Positions 15,325 to 20,759 of a stretch of DNA of 20,759 nucleotides are shown one piece after another. Each line of letters opens with the position of its first letter. The first letter of the stretch is position 1. The stretch is from the NCBI GenBank assembly GCA_044222475.1, contig JBGANF010000138.1, forward strand, positions 1 to 20,759, in the 5' to 3' direction. The stretch is from Polyangiaceae bacterium. Its GTDB lineage: Bacteria > Myxococcota_A > Polyangia > Polyangiales > Polyangiaceae. The notes beneath the pieces are model-generated. The model saw nothing but the letters and a program-made list of their open reading frames with translations, was not told the DNA's origin and ran no database searches. Both the position numbers and the translations under genes were made by a program.

Positions 15325-16190
15325 GAGGTGGAATGCTCGACCCGCTCTACAAGTACGGCGGGATGGGTGCGATCGGCCTGGCGATCTTCATCCTCATGGC
15401 TGCGGCGTTCGGCAACCGTGACAGCGAGGTCTATCGCTACTGGGCCCGCTACACGTCGAGCCTCGAGCGCAAGCTCCGTCCCCAGTTCATCTTCACCCCT
15501 GGCCGCTTCATCGCGTTCGGCCAGCTGGCGTTCATGTTCCTGCTCGTCGTCATCCACCTGACGATCGTGGATCTCCCCTTCTTCCCCGTCTGGCTCATCA
15601 TCTCCGCGATCGCTCCCGGCTACTACATCGAGCAGCTGCGCAAGCAACGCGTCGAAGCGATCGAGAAGCAGCTCGACGGGTTCATCCTCACGCTGGCCAA
15701 CGCGCTCAAGGCCATCCCCAGCGTCGCTGCCGCGTTCAGCTCGGTCATCCCGATCCTCCAGCCGCCCATCCGCGACGAGATCGAGCTCGCTTCGAAGGAG
15801 ATGAAGGTCGGCAGCACGCTCGACCAAGCGCTCCTTCACATGGCAGCGCGCATCTCCAGCCGGCAAGTCGACTCGGCGCTATCGGCGATCCTCATCGGCC
15901 GCCAGGTCGGCGGTAACCTCGGGCGAGTGCTCGAGTCGACCGCGGCGAGCATCCGCGAGATGGCCCGTCTCGACGGCGTCGTTCGCACGAAGACCGCCGA
16001 AGGCAAGATGCAGCTCTACGTCATCGGCGTCTTGCCGTTCGGCATGATCATCATGCTGAGCTTGATGTCACCGGGGTTCTTCGAGCCGCTCACCGCGAAC
16101 GCGACCGGCTACTTGATCCTCATCGTGGCAGTGGGTTGTTGGATCAGCGCGCTCCTCTGGGCGCGCAAGATCCTCGCGGTCGACATCTGA
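15321..16190 (+). CDS. tadB: Tad inner-membrane platform protein TadB (T2SS F family)
   Basis: ATGA overlap with cpaF. N-terminal TMs, EKQLDGFILTLANALKA, PPIRDE, GRQVGGNL..VLE...IRE...VRTKTAEGKMQ and two C-terminal TMs. Confidence 0.9.
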   Translation: MRGGMLDPLYKYGGMGAIGLAIFILMAAAFGNRDSEVYRYWARYTSSLERKLRPQFIFTPGRFIAFGQLAFMFLLVVIHLTIVDLPFFPVWLIISAIAPGYYIEQLRKQRVEAIEKQLDGFILTLANALKAIPSVAAAFSSVIPILQPPIRDEIELASKEMKVGSTLDQALLHMAARISSRQVDSALSAILIGRQVGGNLGRVLESTAASIREMARLDGVVRTKTAEGKMQLYVIGVLPFGMIIMLSLMSPGFFEPLTANATGYLILIVAVGCWISALLWARKILAVDI

Positions 16191-16206
16191 GAGAAAGGAG
16201 CAGCTC

Positions 16207-17106
16207 TTGAATCTCAAATCCGAAATCCTCAAGTATCTGTTCCTCGGCTTCCTCGGCGTGGGGTTCTTCATCGCGATGTACGCGATCGCCGCCGCCCCCA
16301 CCCGTATCGCGAGCCGACTCGGTCTGCGCGGCCTCAAGCGCCAGCGCGCGGTCGAAGAGCCGGGCGCGTGGTCTTCGTTCGAGCCGTTCGTTCGTTGGCT
16401 CGGGGTCCGCGTGAGCGGCATCCTGCCGGACGAATACCGCAACAAGATGGAGGAGCAGATCACCCTCGCTGGTGACTACCTCGGCATCACGACCGACGAG
16501 TACCTCGCCCTTTCGATCTTGGCATCGCTCGGAGGCATCGTCGGAGGCGCCCTCCTCGGCGTCATGTCGGACAACCTGATGATCCCGTTCATCCTCGGGC
16601 CGGTCGGGGCGATCGTTCCGTACATGCAGATCAGCGGCGCGGCCCAGGATCGACAGAAGGCGGTGTCGCGCGGACTGCCGTACGTCGTCGACCTCATGTC
16701 GCTCGGCATGGGCGCCGGGCTCGACTTCCCGGGCGCCGTCCGCCAGGTCGTGGAGAAGTCGTCGAACCCGAACGACCCCATCGTCGAAGAGTTCACGCTG
16801 ATCCTCCAGACGCTGAACCTCGGCCGTACCCGCAAAGAGGCGCTCACCGACTTCGCGAAGCGCGTCCCGGTCGAAGCGGTGAAGGAGTTCACCGGCTCGC
16901 TCATCCAAGCAGAGGAGCGCGGCAATCCGGTCGCCGACGTGCTCCTCATCCAAGCAACGTCGTCGCGTACACGGCGCTCCGTTCGCGCCGAAGAAATGGC
17001 AGCCAAGGCCGGCGTCGCGATGGTCGGTCCGCTCGTCCTCGTCTTCGCCACCGTGATGCTCCTCATCCTGACGCCGATGGCGCTCAAGATGAAGGACATC
17101 AACTGA
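16207..17106 (+). CDS. tadC: Tad inner-membrane platform protein TadC (T2SS F family)
   Basis: TTG start after SD AAAGGAG. LPYVVDLMSLGMGAGL, G.TRKEAL, LIQAEERGNPVADVL, RAEEMAAKA...MVGPLVL. Confidence 0.9.
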   Translation: MNLKSEILKYLFLGFLGVGFFIAMYAIAAAPTRIASRLGLRGLKRQRAVEEPGAWSSFEPFVRWLGVRVSGILPDEYRNKMEEQITLAGDYLGITTDEYLALSILASLGGIVGGALLGVMSDNLMIPFILGPVGAIVPYMQISGAAQDRQKAVSRGLPYVVDLMSLGMGAGLDFPGAVRQVVEKSSNPNDPIVEEFTLILQTLNLGRTRKEALTDFAKRVPVEAVKEFTGSLIQAEERGNPVADVLLIQATSSRTRRSVRAEEMAAKAGVAMVGPLVLVFATVMLLILTPMALKMKDIN

Positions 17107-17116
17107 GGGGTCCAAC

Positions 17117-17980
17117 GTGAGCACGCTAAGGTTCCAAATCCAACACTCGAACGGGCGGCAAGAGGTCGTCACCGTGGAAGCAGAGCGCGCCCTCATCGGC
17201 TCCGGCGCCCACTGCGAAATCCGGCTCCCCATCGACCAGGCTCAGGTCGAGCACGTCCTGGTGCAAGTCGGGTCGGGCGGTGTCTTCGTGCAAGCGCTGA
17301 GCTTCGAGCCCTCGCCGACGATCGCGAACGTGCCGTTCACCCAAGCGCCCCTCCCGCCGGACGCGGTGCTCGGGATCAACCAGTCGCAGCTCATCGTCCA
17401 GCTCGTCGGAGTCGGCGCCGCGAGCGACGCCAACAAGCGAACCGAACAGAAGACGAACCCCGTCATGGTCCTCGGCGCGCTCGTCGGGATCGGGATCGCC
17501 GGGTACATGTTCATGTTCAGCGACGAGGACCAAGCCGTCGTCGCGCCCCAAGAAGTGCCCGAGCTGTGGGACTCGGCTCCGGCCACATGCGCGCAATCCG
17601 GCGTGGAGGCGAAGGCCCTCGGCGACGAAAAGCGCGGACTCGCGGACTCGAAGCGAGAGCGTCGGATGTTCCACGTGAAGGACGGCGTCGACGCGGTGAC
17701 GCTCTACGAAGCGGCCGCCGCTTGCTACACGAAGGGCGGTGACGCACCGTCGGCATCGAAGGCGACGCAGACGGCGAAGGATCTCCGCACCGAGATGAAC
17801 GACGACTACCGCACCCACCGCCTCCGCCTCGAGCACGCCCGCACCGTCGGCGACAACGAGACGGCTCGCAAAGAGGTCCGCCTCCTCATCGAGATGACGT
17901 CGGGGCAACAGGGCCCCTACATCGAGTACCTCAATCAGCTCGACCGCGAGCTGAAGCAGAAGCTCGGCCGGCCGAGCTGA
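17117..17980 (+). CDS. Bitopic membrane protein: degenerate FHA-like domain, TM helix, helical (TPR-like) extracytoplasmic domain
   Basis: N-terminal beta-rich ALIGSGAHCEIRL...EHVLV pattern resembles FHA. TM PVMVLGALVGIGIAGYMFMF, then an alpha-helical C-terminus with two Cys. Confidence 0.75.
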   Translation: MSTLRFQIQHSNGRQEVVTVEAERALIGSGAHCEIRLPIDQAQVEHVLVQVGSGGVFVQALSFEPSPTIANVPFTQAPLPPDAVLGINQSQLIVQLVGVGAASDANKRTEQKTNPVMVLGALVGIGIAGYMFMFSDEDQAVVAPQEVPELWDSAPATCAQSGVEAKALGDEKRGLADSKRERRMFHVKDGVDAVTLYEAAAACYTKGGDAPSASKATQTAKDLRTEMNDDYRTHRLRLEHARTVGDNETARKEVRLLIEMTSGQQGPYIEYLNQLDRELKQKLGRPS

Positions 17981-17988
17981 TTTCTCGC

Positions 17989-18579
17989 ATGCAGTCGTCC
18001 GTCGTTCTCTCGTCCGTAGTCGTCGTTGCCGCGATCGCACTCGGCGCGCTGGGCTGTTCGCCCGCCGCTTCGTCTTCCCCCGACAAGGCGACCGTCGTCA
18101 CCACGTTCCAGAAGGAGCAAGCGCCCGACAAGCTCTTCGCCGAGGGCAAAGCCCTGGCCGCTTTGGGTGACTCCGTGCGCGCCGAGCAATACCTCGCGGC
18201 CGCGCTCGTCGGCGGTGGAGACGACAAGGCGATCACGCCGCTCCTCGTTCAGGTCTGCGTCAACGACGGGCGCCTGCGAAGCGCGATCGAGTACGCCGAG
18301 CCCTACGTGAGGAAACACCCAGACGACGTGCGCGCTCGATACCTTCTGGGTACTCTGTACGGTGGCATCGGCGCGTTCGACCGCGCCCGTGTCGAGTACG
18401 AAGCCGTGATCGCCGCCAAACCCGACACTCCCGAACCGCACTGGGCTCTCGCGCTCCTGCTCCGAGACGACTTGAACGACCAGCCCAACGCGACGATTCA
18501 CTTCCGTGAGTACCTTCGCCTCGCACCCACCGGTGCCCACGCCGACGAAGCGCGGGCATCGATCAAGGATCCCCAATGA
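17989..18579 (+). CDS. TPR-repeat lipoprotein (TadD/pilotin-like)
   Basis: Hydrophobic signal ending ALG-C. TPR-type helices (HPDDVRARYLLGTLY, AKPDTPEPHWALALL, HFREYLRLAPTGAHADEAR). Confidence 0.8.
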   Translation: MQSSVVLSSVVVVAAIALGALGCSPAASSSPDKATVVTTFQKEQAPDKLFAEGKALAALGDSVRAEQYLAAALVGGGDDKAITPLLVQVCVNDGRLRSAIEYAEPYVRKHPDDVRARYLLGTLYGGIGAFDRARVEYEAVIAAKPDTPEPHWALALLLRDDLNDQPNATIHFREYLRLAPTGAHADEARASIKDPQ

Positions 18580-19727
18580 GCGGCGGTTCGAGCTTCATCC
18601 CGAAAGAGGTCTTCGCCGAGACGATCTTCCAGTTCCTCGACCCGGTTCGGAAGTTCCTCGAAGACCCCTCGGTCAGCGAGGTCATGATCAACGGTCCGAA
18701 CCAGATCTACATCGAGCGCAAGGGACAACTCATCCTCACCGAGGCCAAGTTCGAGAGCCGCGAAGCGCTCACCGCCGCGCTCCGCAACATGGCCCAGTAC
18801 GTCGGCAAGCACGTCGACGAGCTCAGACCCATCCTCGAGGGTCGCTTGCCGGACGGCTCCCGCGTCGAGGCGGTGCTGCCGCCCGCCGCTCCCGACGGGC
18901 CGCACGTGGCGATTCGCCGCTTCTTCCAAGAGACGCTCACCGTCGAGCGCCTCATCGGTTTCGACGCGATGACCGAAGACGCCGCGCAGGCGCTCCACGC
19001 GTTCGTCGCGTCGAAGCTCAACATCCTCGTCGCCGGCGGCACCGGCTCCGGCAAGACGTCGATGCTCAACGCGCTCTCGTCGTTCATCCCTCAAGGCGAG
19101 CGGGTCGTCGTCCTCGAGGACTCGCGCGAGCTCCAGCTCCAACGCGATCACGTCGTGCAGCTCGAAGCTCGCCCGCCGGATCCGAAGGGCCGCCACGCGA
19201 TCACCATCCGCGACCTCTTCAAGGCGACCCTGCGCATGCGCCCCGACCGCATCGTCGTCGGCGAGATCCGCGGCGGCGAAGCGCTCGACCTCATCCAAGC
19301 GATGACGTCGGGTCACGGCGGTTGCCTCTCGACGCTCCACGCGACGTACCCGAAGGACACGCTCTCGCGCCTCGAGACGATGGCGATGATGAGCGACGTC
19401 GAGATGCCGCTCCTCGCGATGCGCATCCAGCTCGCTTCCGCCGTCAACATGATCGTGCAGACCGCCCGTCTGCAAGACGGCACGCGCAAGATCACCCACA
19501 TCACGGAGGTCCTCGATTTCGATCTCCAAAACGAGACGTATCGAACGCAGGACGTCTTCGTGCGCCAGTACCACGGCCTGGGACCCAAGGGAGAGGTCAA
19601 GACCACCTTCGTGCCTTCGGGGGTCCTCCCCCGGGCGCTCGAGGCGGTGAACGAACACGGACTGGACCTCCCGGCATCGATGTATGATGCTGTCAAGCGG
19701 GGACCCGTCCACGGCACGCATGGCTGA
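18576..19727 (+). CDS. cpaF: Second CpaF/TadA-family (VirB11-like) ATPase, without FHA (383 aa)
   Basis: ATGA overlap with the TPR gene. FLEDPSVSEVMING, LPDGSRV, Walker A GGTGSGKTS, VLEDSREL, LRMRPDRIVVGEIRG, AMTSGHGGCLSTLHA, DGTRKITHITEV. Confidence 0.93.
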   Translation: MSGGSSFIPKEVFAETIFQFLDPVRKFLEDPSVSEVMINGPNQIYIERKGQLILTEAKFESREALTAALRNMAQYVGKHVDELRPILEGRLPDGSRVEAVLPPAAPDGPHVAIRRFFQETLTVERLIGFDAMTEDAAQALHAFVASKLNILVAGGTGSGKTSMLNALSSFIPQGERVVVLEDSRELQLQRDHVVQLEARPPDPKGRHAITIRDLFKATLRMRPDRIVVGEIRGGEALDLIQAMTSGHGGCLSTLHATYPKDTLSRLETMAMMSDVEMPLLAMRIQLASAVNMIVQTARLQDGTRKITHITEVLDFDLQNETYRTQDVFVRQYHGLGPKGEVKTTFVPSGVLPRALEAVNEHGLDLPASMYDAVKRGPVHGTHG

Positions 19728-20759
19728 TCAATCCGGAGTTCGCGTCGTCGAGATTCGCGCAGGGACGTCCGCTCGGACCGTCTTGGAGCTGCGCCCGGGT
19801 GAGGTCATTCAGCCGATGAGCATCGGGCGGTCGGCGATGTGGCCGATCGAGGCGCCGCAAGTGCTCGACGTCCACGCGTTCCTCTACTTCGACGGCCGAG
19901 CGCTCTTCTTCCAGAGCTCGAACCCTTCCCAACCGGCCCGCGGCAACGGTCAGGTGATCGGCGCGGATTGGCAGCAGGTCGAGATCCCGTGCACGATCGA
20001 GATCGGTCGCGCGCGCCTCGTGTACCGCACGCTCGATCTGGCGGACGACGCCGAAGAGATCGAGCCCGAAGAGGAAGAGGACAAGACGATCGCGGCGCCG
20101 CTCCGAGCGGTGATGGGCGGCGGCGGCGCTGGCCCTGGTTTCGGCGCGCCCCAGCGGCAACCGGGACCTGGAGCATCGGGGCCCTTTCGTCCGGGCGAGT
20201 TCTCGAACCGCCAGACCGAAGACGACGAGTCGACGCGCTTCTCTCCCATCGGGCGCGAGCCATCCTCCACGCTCGTGAGCCCCCTTGAAGCTCGCGGTGG
20301 CGGCGGCGCCCGCGCGCGTCCGGCCGCGGGAATTCCAGCGGTGACGCCGGCCGCGGGGATGCCAGCAGCGCCGACCGCACCGACTCCGTGGGTTCCCGGC
20401 CGCGAGGACATCCCGCCGCCGTCGTCCACGACGGTCGGACCCGCGCCGCTCGCCGCGCCGTTGCCGCCACCTCCTCAGGCGTCGCACTACCAAGACATGG
20501 GCAACGTGCAGATCGCGATGCCCCCACCACCGCAGCAGCAGCAGCCGTATCCCTCGCCGAACGCCGCCGAGACCGGTCGACTCCAAGCGCCGCCGGACAA
20601 GCCCGCGAGCGAGTGGGAGCAGATGCCGGTGATGCGCAAGGTGATCCTCAGCGCGATGCCGGTAGCGATCGTCGCGGTGTATTTCCTCCTGTTCGTCGAC
20701 GATCCCACGCCCCCGCCGACGACCAAGCTCAAGCCCGACGCCGGAATGGAAGCGGCCGT
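19720..20759 (+). CDS. FHA-like domain, long Pro-rich linker, TM helix protein (3'-truncated by the window edge)
   Basis: Not in the ORF track because it has no stop. ATG 19720 overlaps the cpaF-2 end by 8 nt and the frame stays open to the window end. Manual translation: MADQSGVRVVEIRAG...PMSIGRSAMWPIEAPQVLDVHAFLYFDG...EEEEDKTIAAP...EDDESTRFSP...PPPPQQQQPYP...RKVILSAMPVAIVAVYFLLFVDDP. Confidence 0.85.
   Translation, partial: MADQSGVRVVEIRAGTSARTVLELRPGEVIQPMSIGRSAMWPIEAPQVLDVHAFLYFDGRALFFQSSNPSQPARGNGQVIGADWQQVEIPCTIEIGRARLVYRTLDLADDAEEIEPEEEEDKTIAAPLRAVMGGGGAGPGFGAPQRQPGPGASGPFRPGEFSNRQTEDDESTRFSPIGREPSSTLVSPLEARGGGGARARPAAGIPAVTPAAGMPAAPTAPTPWVPGREDIPPPSSTTVGPAPLAAPLPPPPQASHYQDMGNVQIAMPPPPQQQQPYPSPNAAETGRLQAPPDKPASEWEQMPVMRKVILSAMPVAIVAVYFLLFVDDPTPPPTTKLKPDAGMEAA

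Noticed and set aside
18576..19727. Conjugative/T4SS VirB11 (TrbB) marking a mobile element
   Set aside because: No other T4SS, relaxase or integrase genes are visible. The gene is translationally coupled within a Tad operon and has CpaF-type C-terminal motifs (RLETMAMM, DGTRKITHITEV).
20320..20370. Short repeat CCGGCCGCGGG(A/G)AT(T/G)CCAGC, two copies
   Set aside because: It encodes PAAGIPA/PAAGMPA within a low-complexity protein linker, an ordinary coding micro-duplication.

Overview
High-GC bacterial chromosomal window. The gene content (FHA-decorated Tad cluster, Cys-rich lipoprotein, FGE-fold proteins) suggests a myxobacterium, probably Polyangiales/Sorangiineae-like; this is inference only. 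Left to right: two Opp/Dpp-type ABC permeases on the minus strand (the OppB-like one carries a large helical-repeat insertion), a divergent phosphoglucomutase/phosphomannomutase, a small cluster of exported proteins (21-Cys lipoprotein, two tandem SUMF1/FGE-fold paralogues), a small membrane protein, rpmI-rplT-pheS-pheT (no infC before, no ihfA after), and then a >10 kb atypical Tad/Flp pilus locus that runs off the right edge. That locus reads lipoprotein, cpaB, cpaC secretin, FHA-fused cpaF, tadB, tadC, membrane FHA-like protein, TPR lipoprotein, a second cpaF and another membrane FHA-like protein. It resembles the Kil contact-dependent predation apparatus of Myxococcus xanthus but has two intact ATPases. 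Non-coding signals include several leaderless-type -10 boxes, a structured rpmI leader, a terminator after rplT and a C-rich/G-rich hexamer element before pheS. No RNA genes, CRISPR arrays or mobile elements were seen. All calls come from reading motifs by eye; no searches were run.
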